Notes: generated from the sequence alone by a model not told the origin. A stretch of DNA of 64,000 bases from Promethearchaeota archaeon (GCA_048938005.1 JBHLMQ010000004.1:34447-98446); one strand, 5' to 3'. Positions 40,221 to 50,306 are shown, numbered from the stretch's first letter. Made by a program: numbers and translations.

Positions 40221-41501
40221 GTGAACTTACAAATGGTAAATTATAAAGTAGCTGACGAGAGCCTAGCAGAAAAAGGTAAAGAAGCTTTATATATAGCTGA
40301 AAGTAAAATGCCAGTAACTGCAAGAGTTATTCGTGAAAGATTTCAAAAAGAAAAACCATTAAAAGGTATAAAAATTGCAGGTTGTTTACATATAACAAAA
40401 GAAACTGGTAATCTTGCTCGAACTCTTAAAGCTGGTGGAGCCGAAGTATATCTCTGTGGAAGCAATCCCTTATCGACACAAGATGATGTAGCAGCAGCTT
40501 TAGTACAGGAAGGATTTAATGTTTTTGCATGGCATGGTAATACAGATGAAGAATTCTATTGGTGTATAAGACAATGTTTGGATGCTAAACCTAATATACT
40601 AATTGATGATGGTGCTGATATGATTGTAACCGCTCATCAGAAATATGAAGATCTCATAGAATCGGGTATTATATTTGCTTGTCAAGAAGAAACAACAACT
40701 GGAGTAAAAAGATTTAAAGCAATGGAGAAACAAGGGGCTTTGAAAGTCCCATTATTCCCTGTAAATGATGCCCGTTGTAAAAATCAATTTGACAATGAAT
40801 TAGGTACAGGACAAGGTATTATTTCCGCCATTTATGGTATGCATGTCTTATTTGCAGGAAAGAATGTTGTAATTGCTGGTTATGGGCATTGTTCTTCAGG
40901 AATGGCTCTCAGAGCAAGAGGATTGGGAGCTAATGTGATTGTAACTGAAGTAGATCCAATTAAAGCACTACAAGCCAAATTTGCGGGTTTTAATGTAATG
41001 CCAATTGCTGAGGCATTACCAGATTCTGATATAATTCTTACTGCGACTGGATGCAAGCATGTAATCGCCCCAACTCCTGAAATGTTTGATAAATTAAAAA
41101 ATGGAGTAATCCTTGGAAATCTTGGTCATTTTGATATTGAAATTCCTACAAAGGAACTTTATGAATATGCTAAAGAAATTAAACCAATTCGAAAACATGT
41201 TGAGGAATTAATCTTCCCCAATGGAAAGAAGGTATACTTACTAGCAAAAGGTAGATTAGCTAATCTTGTATTATCAGAAGGACACCCTAGTGAAGTAATG
41301 GATATGTCTTTTGCCTTACAATCATTAATGTCAGAATATATAGTAAAAAATAAAGACCAACTGAAGCCTGGTATGGTCAATATTCCCATTGAGATTGACG
41401 ATAGGGTAGGATTCTTAAAACTAAAATCTATGGGCATTAAGATTGATAAACTAACAGAAGAGCAATATAATTACATCCATGGCTATGAAGAAGGAACTTA
41501 A
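40221..41501 (+). CDS. ahcY: Adenosylhomocysteinase
   Basis: CLHITKET, SNPLSTQD, EETTTG, GHFD, EGHPSEVMDMSF. Confidence 0.96.
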   Translation: MNLQMVNYKVADESLAEKGKEALYIAESKMPVTARVIRERFQKEKPLKGIKIAGCLHITKETGNLARTLKAGGAEVYLCGSNPLSTQDDVAAALVQEGFNVFAWHGNTDEEFYWCIRQCLDAKPNILIDDGADMIVTAHQKYEDLIESGIIFACQEETTTGVKRFKAMEKQGALKVPLFPVNDARCKNQFDNELGTGQGIISAIYGMHVLFAGKNVVIAGYGHCSSGMALRARGLGANVIVTEVDPIKALQAKFAGFNVMPIAEALPDSDIILTATGCKHVIAPTPEMFDKLKNGVILGNLGHFDIEIPTKELYEYAKEIKPIRKHVEELIFPNGKKVYLLAKGRLANLVLSEGHPSEVMDMSFALQSLMSEYIVKNKDQLKPGMVNIPIEIDDRVGFLKLKSMGIKIDKLTEEQYNYIHGYEEGT

Positions 41502-41577
41502 TCTATTTTTTTTTATACTATATTACTTTTTTTTCCCAAATTCCTTATGTAATTCCATTGATTTATCTAAGTATATA

Positions 41578-41614
41578 AATTTAAATTAACTTTCAATTTA
41601 AATTAACTTTCAAT
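41578..41614 (+). repeat. 17-bp tandem direct repeat (2 copies plus AAT)
   Basis: AATTTAAATTAACTTTC at 41578 and 41595. Confidence 0.75.
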
Positions 41615-41946
41615 ATAGCGAAATTGCATTATTTCATTGAAATGTTTCCATAGTTTTTTCATCGTATTCATACTTTTAACCTTCTATATTGCGGAGGAAA
41701 TCTCCAGGGTTATTAGTTTGATATACTAATACAATTATAAACCCTGAAGCGGTTATAATTGCCTTCATAAAAAGAATCAAAAACAAGATAGATCCTTCTG
41801 ATGGAGCAATATAAACTGAAAATGAATCAATCAACCAATGGCAGATTATAGCTTTATTATTAATTACTTTTAATTAAAAGAAAAACTTAAATATTAAATC
41901 AACTTAATAAAGGAAAATAGAAATCTAATGTAAAAAGGTATAGAAA

Positions 41947-44900
41947 ATGAGAAAAGAGAAATTTGTTATCGCTACTATTATTTGGATTCTATGTTTAAAT
42001 CTTCAAATAACTCTGAATTTTTTCATAATCTCACAATATGGAGCTCAAAATTATCAAATTAAAAACAATGCTGGTGAGATTTTGATTAATACGCCAGAAA
42101 ATAAAACTTATTTCGCCCCATATAGCGGTTATTATCCATCTACATATGGATTCGAAAATGATAATGAAGGTGATAACCCTGAAGGTTGGGTAATAGATGA
42201 TGAATCTGCTGGAAATATCGAGGTAATAGAAGAATTATACGGTCATAAAAATGTGCTTAAAATACCCGATGATTACCAAACTCGTGTAAATGTTTTATAT
42301 CAATCCTTTGGTAGTGATATAAGCGCTGGAACTGTGGAGTTCTGGATATTAGCGAGAGATAGTTCATTTTTTCCAGCTATCGAACCTTTGCACATACAAA
42401 TTGGAGATGAAAAAGCAGGTAATCCCTGGGAACATGCTTCTGTATTACATTTCGGATTAGATGAGGGGATATCTGTATCTGATGGCGGTACTTCAATAGA
42501 AGTTTACCCAGATTTATTGATAAATACATGGTATCATCTAAAAATAGAATTCGATTGTACAGATAATTGGCACTTATGGGTAAATGGAATTCAAACAGAT
42601 ATAAGCGGATATGATTTTAGAGGAAATCCAACAAGTATGACTCTAATAAGATTTTCAACTGGTAATTTTGATGCACCCCTTACTTTTATTGACGCACTTG
42701 GATATTCTTGGGATTCGAAATATAATATTGGAGATAATAGGTTTGAAGGATTATTTATTTCTTATGATACAATCATAAATTTCGATTGGGAAGCATATTC
42801 AATAGATGGATCTACAAATAATACTATTCTTGGAGATACAGTAATCGCTATGCCCGATTTTGGACAGCATACCATCCAAATATTTGGAAAAGATTCAATT
42901 GGAGACGTATTTGAATCCGATATTCGACATTTTAGCACCAGTCCATTGAACCTAATTGAACCAAAAAACATTACATACACAGAGCCAACGAGAAGATATT
43001 ATCCGGGCACTTATAGTTTTGAAAATGTTAAGGATGGATTAGATCCCCCAGATTGGATAGACTTAGGGGGAGAATCGTGTGTTATTAGTGAATTTGAAAG
43101 GCATAAAAAAGTCATGAAACTGTTCTATCCTGGGGGTGGAGATCATACCATCGATGTAAGAAACATGTTTGAAACCACACCAGAATCTGGTACTATAGAA
43201 TTTTGGTTAGCCCAAAAAGATGCCAATGCACCAATCGAAGCTCATTTTAGAAATTTGGGAGTTGGTATTTGTTTTTCATTAAGAATGAATAATGATGCTT
43301 TTCAGTTTTATAATGGTACATGGCATCCAGTAGGAAAGAATGCTTCAGATAGAAATTGGTACCATATTAGAATTGATTTCGAAACAACAATTGAAAGTTA
43401 TATGGGTTTATCACAATGGAAGTGGCGATTATTTATCAATAATGAGCTTTTTGGACCTTATAATTTCAATTATCAAGTGGCTCCAAACTTCTTCCGATTT
43501 TATGCGGGAATACTCGCAGATACAAGTTATGTTGACGCCATTGGATATTCTTGGGACCCTAATTATAATGTTGGATCTAATCTAAAGGAAGGTTTCCTTT
43601 TAGATTTTGAATATTCGCCTTATTTAGAGTGGATTGGCTACTCCTTAGATGGTCAAATGAATAAACAAATAAGAGGGAATACTGTAATTCCTTTACCAAG
43701 TAATAAGTCACATTCAATTCAAATATTCGGAAATGATTCTCTAGGTTATAATTATTATTCAGAACTGTGTTTTTTCACGATAGAATATCCAATAGAGCTA
43801 TTCACATTAAATCCCGGGACATGGGAAGATTTATTTAGCATTTATTTTGATAGTGACCCAAAATATGTTTTCATTGGAGATGCTGACAACGATGGATATA
43901 ATGACATTGTTGTAGGCACCTATATTACAAATAAGATTAAGATATTAACATGGAATGATACTATTAAATCTTGGAATCCGCCTATTTCCAAAGATACAGG
44001 TACTACTCCATACGAAATTAGTATTGGAGATGCTAACAACGATGGATATAATGATATTGTAGTAGCCAATTTTAAATCAGATACCATCTCAATATTTTTA
44101 TGGAATGAAAGTTTAGGTGATTGGGATTCACACATAAGATCTGCTGGTGATGGTCCATCTAATACCATTATTGGAGATGGAAATAATGATGGTTTTAATG
44201 ATATTATAATAGTAAATTATTATAGCAATAATGTTTCAGTCTTTCTATGGAACGATACTATTAGTAATTGGAATTCACCAATAACAAAAGCTATTGGTAG
44301 TTATACTAATTCACTAGCCTTAGGTGATATCAATAATGATGGTGATAAGGATATCATAACCACAAGTACGGGTGATGATAAAATACATATTTTATTATGG
44401 AATTCCAGTCTAAATGATTGGTCTCCAATTGAAAAACATGCTAATCAATATCCCACTGGTTTATCTGTCGGAGATGTTAATAATGATGGTTTTAATGATA
44501 TGATAGTAGCAGATGCTGAGGGTGAAGGTATTTCAATATTTTTATGGAATGAAAGTTTAGGTGATTGGGATTCATTCATAAAATCTACTGGTGATTATCC
44601 ACGTGAAACATTTATAGAAGATGTTAATAATGATGGATACAATGATATCACGGTTGTCGCCGGTGGTTATTTGTCCATTTTATTATGGAATAATAGATTT
44701 AATCGATGGCAAGAGGAAATAAAAAAATCAACTGGAAATAATGATAATGTGGGTGAATTATTCATCGGAGATCTGAACAATGATGGATTTAATGATATTT
44801 TAATGGGTACTCAATTTATATCCGATCATGATATAAGAATTTATCTATGGAATCGAGCTCCCATCATCACTATTAAATCCCCTCAAGAAAAAGATGCATT

Positions 44901-45513
44901 CGGAATTCAAGCTCCAAATTTTACTATCGAAATAAAAGATAATGAATTTTCCTCATTATGGTTTAAAATAAATAAAAATGAAGAAAAAATTCCTTTTAAT
45001 GGAAATGGAACTATAGATAAGACATTATGGGAAAATTTGGATGATGGGACAATAAAGTTTAAATTCTTTGCTAATGATACCTGGGGTGGAATTGGTTTTA
45101 CTGTTATAAATCTGCAAAAGGATGTTGTGAGTCCCTTAATTACCATAAAAGCTCCGACTGATGGAAATATTTTTGGAAAAGACCCTCCACAATTCAATAT
45201 TACTATTTATGAAGCAAATTCATATTCTCTTTGGTATACAATCGATAATGGAATTACAAACTATACTATTTACGAGTTATGGGGATTCATTAATCAATCA
45301 GCGTGGGATTCAGCCCTCCCAGGAGATATAATAATTAAGTTTTATGCCAAAGATCTTGCAGAAAATATTGGGACTAATGAAGTCATTATTGTAAAGGAAG
45401 ATGGTTCATCAGAATTTCCTCTTGAATTAATACTTCTTATCTCGTTTATCAGTGGAGGAGCTATTATAGGAATAGCAGTGTTTTTATTAGTTAAAAGAAA
45501 AAGAACTTTATAA
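41947..45513 (+). CDS. Cell-surface protein: signal peptide, two LamG/ConA-like modules, seven FG-GAP/VCBS repeats, Ig-like domains, C-terminal TM anchor
   Basis: Seven (G/E)DxNNDGxxD-type repeats; duplicated GTVEFW/WYHxxIxF modules; C-terminal hydrophobic helix followed by KRKR. Confidence 0.88.
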   Translation: MRKEKFVIATIIWILCLNLQITLNFFIISQYGAQNYQIKNNAGEILINTPENKTYFAPYSGYYPSTYGFENDNEGDNPEGWVIDDESAGNIEVIEELYGHKNVLKIPDDYQTRVNVLYQSFGSDISAGTVEFWILARDSSFFPAIEPLHIQIGDEKAGNPWEHASVLHFGLDEGISVSDGGTSIEVYPDLLINTWYHLKIEFDCTDNWHLWVNGIQTDISGYDFRGNPTSMTLIRFSTGNFDAPLTFIDALGYSWDSKYNIGDNRFEGLFISYDTIINFDWEAYSIDGSTNNTILGDTVIAMPDFGQHTIQIFGKDSIGDVFESDIRHFSTSPLNLIEPKNITYTEPTRRYYPGTYSFENVKDGLDPPDWIDLGGESCVISEFERHKKVMKLFYPGGGDHTIDVRNMFETTPESGTIEFWLAQKDANAPIEAHFRNLGVGICFSLRMNNDAFQFYNGTWHPVGKNASDRNWYHIRIDFETTIESYMGLSQWKWRLFINNELFGPYNFNYQVAPNFFRFYAGILADTSYVDAIGYSWDPNYNVGSNLKEGFLLDFEYSPYLEWIGYSLDGQMNKQIRGNTVIPLPSNKSHSIQIFGNDSLGYNYYSELCFFTIEYPIELFTLNPGTWEDLFSIYFDSDPKYVFIGDADNDGYNDIVVGTYITNKIKILTWNDTIKSWNPPISKDTGTTPYEISIGDANNDGYNDIVVANFKSDTISIFLWNESLGDWDSHIRSAGDGPSNTIIGDGNNDGFNDIIIVNYYSNNVSVFLWNDTISNWNSPITKAIGSYTNSLALGDINNDGDKDIITTSTGDDKIHILLWNSSLNDWSPIEKHANQYPTGLSVGDVNNDGFNDMIVADAEGEGISIFLWNESLGDWDSFIKSTGDYPRETFIEDVNNDGYNDITVVAGGYLSILLWNNRFNRWQEEIKKSTGNNDNVGELFIGDLNNDGFNDILMGTQFISDHDIRIYLWNRAPIITIKSPQEKDAFGIQAPNFTIEIKDNEFSSLWFKINKNEEKIPFNGNGTIDKTLWENLDDGTIKFKFFANDTWGGIGFTVINLQKDVVSPLITIKAPTDGNIFGKDPPQFNITIYEANSYSLWYTIDNGITNYTIYELWGFINQSAWDSALPGDIIIKFYAKDLAENIGTNEVIIVKEDGSSEFPLELILLISFISGGAIIGIAVFLLVKRKRTL

Positions 45514-45689
45514 TTTAAAATTTTTTTTTATTAATTAATCAATTCAAAAGAAAAAATTAAGTTAAATTTATTAAATAAAATAACAAGTTTATATTGAGAT
45601 CTCTTTTTTTAGATCTCCTTTTTTTAAATTAAGAACTATATACCATAATTTAGATTTAATTATGAAAATGAGCATTTTTTTCTAATTAT

Positions 45690-46718
45690 TTATAGTTTTG
45701 GCTTCAATATATCATTAGAAGTTGCATCTCCATAGATCTCTTTAGCCAAAATTCTTAATCCTTCTAAACCAATTGGTTCTTCCCTAAGTCTATCAGACTC
45801 CCAGATTTTTAATTTTTTGAACTCATTTTTTATTTCTAATAAGTATTTTTCTTGAATAGAAGAGATTTGACTGCAAAAATTACATTTTTTTGCATGTTTT
45901 TTAGGGATTAACATGTTTATATGGATACCATCAAGCTGAATATATTTTTTTGTTAATTCTCGTGCTCTTTTAATTTCTTCAAAACTTGGTTTTTCGGCTA
46001 TAGTTACTAATCTAAGTGACCCAATATCGTGAATTAAATATGAAATTCTCTCTCCACGTTTTTCTAATTCAACTATCATATTAAAAATTTCTTTTCCTAA
46101 TTCTCGTCTTTCTTCGTAATTATTAAATGGTTTGATTATATTTCTCCACATTTTTGAAAAATGTCGAATCGCACCTTTTATGGAATTATAAAAATTTAAT
46201 GAGTACTTTAACACAACTTTGACTTGGTCTTCAGGTATCTCAAAAAGAGTAATCATATTTGCCGTTGGAGGGAAATCTGCAATTATTATATCAAATTGAA
46301 TATCTTGATTATTAATATCTTCAGCATCTAATATTTTTTGAAAAAACATAGCATTTTTTAGTGCTAATGGAATAGAATCAGCTGTAAAAGTTGTATCTAT
46401 AAATTTTTCGATTTGTGGGATCTTCCCTACAAGAGGCATTTGCTTTGTAAGAGTTTTCATTTTCTCTATCAAATCTTTAGTGTATTTCTTAGCATAACTA
46501 TCCGCATCTGGTTCAATGCCCCATAGATTTTTTGTTAATAGTGTTAACTTGTTTCCAATCTCCAATTTAAATAGATCACTAAGGTTATGAGCCATATCAA
46601 AAGAAATAAGTAGAAATTTTTTGTCCGGAAGTAATTCTGAAAGTAATACTGCTGTAGCGGCACTAATAGAACTTTTCCCTACTCCTCCTTTTCCCCCAAG
46701 AACTATAATTCTTTCCAT
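45690..46718 (-). CDS. ArsA/Get3(TRC40)-family ATPase, single domain
   Basis: GGKGGVGKSS P-loop, DMAHNLSD, CNFC, EPIGLEGL. Confidence 0.88.
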   Translation of the reverse strand: MERIIVLGGKGGVGKSSISAATAVLLSELLPDKKFLLISFDMAHNLSDLFKLEIGNKLTLLTKNLWGIEPDADSYAKKYTKDLIEKMKTLTKQMPLVGKIPQIEKFIDTTFTADSIPLALKNAMFFQKILDAEDINNQDIQFDIIIADFPPTANMITLFEIPEDQVKVVLKYSLNFYNSIKGAIRHFSKMWRNIIKPFNNYEERRELGKEIFNMIVELEKRGERISYLIHDIGSLRLVTIAEKPSFEEIKRARELTKKYIQLDGIHINMLIPKKHAKKCNFCSQISSIQEKYLLEIKNEFKKLKIWESDRLREEPIGLEGLRILAKEIYGDATSNDILKPKL

Positions 46719-47002
46719 GATTTGCTGTGGTTTTGAAACATCTAGCTTATTATATCAAAAATAAAAATAACATAAAAAACTAACTAAACAGAATTTTTTT
46801 TAATATTCTTACAATTAGCAAAAAATAAATTAATTAATTAATTTAATAACTCATAATCATCGTAAAAATGATGATTTCAAATTCAAAGTTATAAATCAAA
46901 AATAAAAAGTAATTATATCAAATTTATTCAAAATAATTTTTTAACTTATATAAATTAGATTTGGAAAGAAAAAATTGGAATTTAGAAAATGTAATTTAAA
47001 TT

Positions 47003-48233
47003 ATGGATGTGATCAAGATTACAAGTCAAAATGAATTTACAACTAAATATATAATAGAAGTAAAATTTACCATTAAAGGTGTTGTGGAAAAAAGCGATAT
47101 AGTCGGTGCTATTTTCGGCCAAAGATAGATTAGAAACAAGCCAATTCGGCTAATTCGGCTAAACTGAAGGTCTTCTTTTAGATCTCGATTTGAGAGATCT
47201 CCAGAAGTCTGGTCGAATTGGGCGGATAGAAGTAGAAACCGAATCTAAAGAGGGAGTTTCTAAGGGCATTATTAAAATTCCGTCCTCATTGACTAGAAAG
47301 GAGACAGCATTATTGGCAGCGACTGTTGAAACTGTTTCTCGAGTTGGTCCATGCGAAGCAGAAATTAAGCTTATTGAAATTCGAGACGTTCGTGAAAGAA
47401 AACGGAAAAAAATTATAGAAAGAGCTGCAGAACTTTTAAAAGAATGGGACCAAAAATCTCTAGAGCAAAGTGAAATAGAAGAAAAAATAGATACTGATAT
47501 AAAGCTTGGAGAAATTATTTCATGGGACTCAGAGAATCTTCCTGCGGGGCCAGAAGTAGATAATAATCCAGATTTAATTATTGTGGAAGGACGAGCAGAT
47601 ATTCTAAATTTATTAAGAATTGGTGTTAAAAACACAATTGCTGTTCAAGGAACTCAAGTCCCTAAATCAGTAATTAAATTAGCAAAACAAAAAAAATCAG
47701 TAACAGCATTCGTTGATGGTGACCGTGGTGGAACAATTATTCTTAAGGAACTTTTGCAAGTTGCAAGAATTGATTATGTAGCTAGAGCACCCGATGGATA
47801 TGAAGTTGAAGAATTAACTAGAAAGCAAATGATAAAATCCTTACAAAACAAAAAACCAGCAAAATTTTTTAAGAATATTAAAGAAAAAGAGATTACGGAG
47901 AATGATATTAGTGATATAACAGAAGATGTTCATAAAATTTTAAAGAAGATTAAAGTTAAAGATGAATCTCTAATCAAGAATGCAATTGAGAATATTGAAG
48001 CAGGTTTTGGGATTGGACTTAATAAAAACCTCGAAAAGTTGTTTGATATGCCTGTAGGTGAAATTTTTGAAAAAATTAGGGACTTTAAAGATACTCAATA
48101 TTTAATAATTGATGGAATTTTGACAAAAAGGCTTCTTTCACTTGCAATAAATATGAAAATTAAATTTATTGCATGCAAAAATAAAGAAGAAGAATTATTT
48201 ATTCCTGAACATATTCTAGTACATTTCTTTTAA
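47003..48233 (+). CDS. dnaG: Archaeal DnaG (TOPRIM primase / exosome-associated protein) in two exons: 47003-47122 and 47163-48233, about 396 aa after splicing
   Basis: Exon 1 ...TKYIIEVKFTIKGVVEKSDIVGAIFGQ; exon 2 TEGLLLDLDLRDLQKSGRIGRIEV...IVEGRAD...DGDRGG; the track ORF 47190-48233 lacks the conserved N-terminus. Confidence 0.9.
47123..47162 (+). other. Candidate 40-nt BHB-type intron in dnaG mRNA
   Basis: Central helix GGCC(47117-20)/GGCT(47157-60) flanked by AAA bulges (47121-23, 47161-63); canonical cuts after 47122 and 47162 give GGC CAA ACT GAA. Confidence 0.8.
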
Positions 48234-48261
48234 AGTATTAATTAAATCCCATTAAGAATCA

Positions 48262-48501
48262 CTATTTTCCAAGTGGTATAAAGGAGAATATTAGTTGTAT
48301 TATATATGAGACAACACCAAGAAGCACAATTCCAATAGCACAAATTTTAAAAACTAAAAAGTAATCCTTTCTCTTGGGTTTATTTGCAATTTTAAGAATT
48401 CTTTTTGAATTTTGGAAAAAAAAGGCTAATCTTCCATATAAACCAGGTTTTTCCTTCTTGCTTTTTTTAGCATATTTTTCATATTTTGGGTATTGAGACA
48501 C
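48262..48501 (-). CDS. secE: Protein translocase SecE/Sec61-gamma
   Basis: RILKIANKPKRKDY plus single C-terminal TM; downstream of ftsY. Confidence 0.9.
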   Translation of the reverse strand: MSQYPKYEKYAKKSKKEKPGLYGRLAFFFQNSKRILKIANKPKRKDYFLVFKICAIGIVLLGVVSYIIQLIFSFIPLGK

Positions 48502-48586
48502 AATAAAGAAAAAGTGTTGTTAGATAAAAAGTTATCTGTAAAAATAGCTATTTAAAATTAATATAGAATAAGAAAGATGTTGAGTA

Positions 48587-49477
48587 TCAATCAATATCGA
48601 GTATATTTGAAATAAATAAATCTCGATCAAACGGTGTTAAATCTTGGTAACTTTGGCCTACACCTAAAAAAATGATTGGTTTTTTTGTCTCAAACGAGAT
48701 TGATAAAGCAGCTCCACCTTTTGCGTCAGCATCTATTTTTGTTAAAATATTGGCGTCAATTCCAACATGTTTATTAAATTCTCTCGCTTGAAAAAGAGCA
48801 TCGTTTCCCGCAAGGGAATCTCCGATAAAAATAACTAAATCTGGTTGAGCTACTCTGCATATTTTTTGTATTTCTATCATTAAGTTCTTATCTGTAACTT
48901 GTCTTCCTGCTGTATCAATTAAAACAACATCAATATTTTTGGCTTTAGCGTGTTCAATAGCATCGTAAGCAACAGAGGCAGGATCAGATTTATATTCATG
49001 CTTTATAACTCTTATTCCTACTTTTTCCATATGATAAGATAATTGTTCGATTGCTGCTGCTCTAAATGTGTCTGCTGCTGCTGCTACAATTGAGAATCCA
49101 TTTTTTTTTAAAAAATAAGCAATTTTAGCCATAGTTGTGGTTTTTCCTGTTCCGTTAACTCCAAGAAAAACAAGTACATAGGGTTTCCCTTTTTTTTTAA
49201 TTTCCTCAAGTAAATCAATCTCTTCTCTGGGTGTTAAGATCTCCGTGATTGTTTCTTTTAATACTTCAAATAACATTTTTTGGGTGGATGATAGGCGCCC
49301 AATTTGTTTTCCTTTAAAAGAATCAATAATCTTATTGCATATTTCATCAGCAGTGTCAATAGCTACATCATTACTTAAAAGAAGTAATCTTAGATCATTA
49401 ATGGCATTATCTAACTTTTTTTCTGTTAAAGTTTTTTTTACAAATGATGAAAAAACGTTCTTTAATTTTTCAAGCAT
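48587..49477 (-). CDS. ftsY: SRP receptor FtsY
   Basis: GVNGTGKTTT, DTFRAAA, DTAGR, TKIDADAKGG. Confidence 0.96.
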   Translation of the reverse strand: MLEKLKNVFSSFVKKTLTEKKLDNAINDLRLLLLSNDVAIDTADEICNKIIDSFKGKQIGRLSSTQKMLFEVLKETITEILTPREEIDLLEEIKKKGKPYVLVFLGVNGTGKTTTMAKIAYFLKKNGFSIVAAAADTFRAAAIEQLSYHMEKVGIRVIKHEYKSDPASVAYDAIEHAKAKNIDVVLIDTAGRQVTDKNLMIEIQKICRVAQPDLVIFIGDSLAGNDALFQAREFNKHVGIDANILTKIDADAKGGAALSISFETKKPIIFLGVGQSYQDLTPFDRDLFISNILDID

Positions 49478-49543
49478 TTACTTCTCCATAATCATTTAAA
49501 ACTTAATTGAAAATATAACAAGATTAATACAAAAAATGTACTT

Positions 49544-49963
49544 TTATGTAGTATTTCTTTGAATAAGTTGAGAAATTTCTTGTAAGTTCACATCCACATT
49601 TTGAAGTTGTGTTCTTAAAAATTGAATTTGTTTATTGTGTTGTTCAATCATTTTATCAAGAAATTCAATGGTTCCATCCAAATCCTTCTTGATTACAACA
49701 TCCTGAGTAACAGCAAGTAGAACTTTTTCTGGTTCTTTAATAGTTGCTCTAATATTTACTAATCCTCCAATTGGAACTAAAATTTCATCATCTTCGCTTA
49801 TTCCTTTTTTTAAATTTTCTACAGTCATTTTTGTATTCATTATATTTCCTAAAGAAGCATTAATTATTTCTAATTGTCCTTGAAACATATCACGCTGTTC
49901 TTTTAAGTATCGAAATTTTATTAGTTGTTCCTGATATTCCTTAGGAGGTTCCATGTTTATCAA
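49544..49963 (-). CDS. pfdA: Prefoldin alpha subunit
   Basis: EILVPIGG...KVLL hairpins between coiled coils; operon position. Confidence 0.9.
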   Translation of the reverse strand: MINMEPPKEYQEQLIKFRYLKEQRDMFQGQLEIINASLGNIMNTKMTVENLKKGISEDDEILVPIGGLVNIRATIKEPEKVLLAVTQDVVIKKDLDGTIEFLDKMIEQHNKQIQFLRTQLQNVDVNLQEISQLIQRNTT

Positions 49964-49982
49964 ACCTTGTTTTTTAATTTTT

Positions 49983-50210
49983 TTACTCTGATAACTCTCG
50001 AATGAGATAATCTTGAGATTCTTCTAGAGGTATTTCTTTAATTTCTTGTATTGCAATTTGACGTCTATATATCCCAATTGAAGTAATTTGACATAATACC
50101 TTTTCAAGAGCGTCTTCTTCTTTTAAAGCTCGAACTTCTTTTCTAAATAAATACTTTTTATGATTTTTTCTGTAATTGCCAATAATTCTGAAAATTTTAA
50201 TCTCTGACAT
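49983..50210 (-). CDS. rplX: Ribosomal protein L18a/LX (eL20)
   Basis: MSEIKIFRIIG...FRKEVRALKEEDALEK; ATG at 50210. Confidence 0.88.
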   Translation of the reverse strand: MSEIKIFRIIGNYRKNHKKYLFRKEVRALKEEDALEKVLCQITSIGIYRRQIAIQEIKEIPLEESQDYLIRELSE

Positions 50211-50306
50211 AACTAAATGAACCCATTCTCGCAAAGCTTTTAAAATACGATAATATTTCAAAAAATATTAAATTTTTCTTTTTTCTGCCATAAGAAAGAA
50301 AAATTT

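Noticed and set aside
41692-41710. GAGGAAATCTCC resembling the RNase P RNA P4 5' strand
   Set aside because: No matching 3' P4 strand or P1 helix found; the surrounding sequence looks like decayed coding DNA.
43870-44810. Regularly spaced repeats as a possible CRISPR array
   Set aside because: They are degenerate in-frame FG-GAP coding repeats; no identical repeat-spacer array or cas genes are present.
47123-47162. dnaG break explained as a programmed frameshift or simple pseudogene
   Set aside because: The break is a 40-nt insertion with stops rather than a slippery site, both halves are intact, and BHB cut rules restore the motif exactly. An artefact remains possible until reads are checked.
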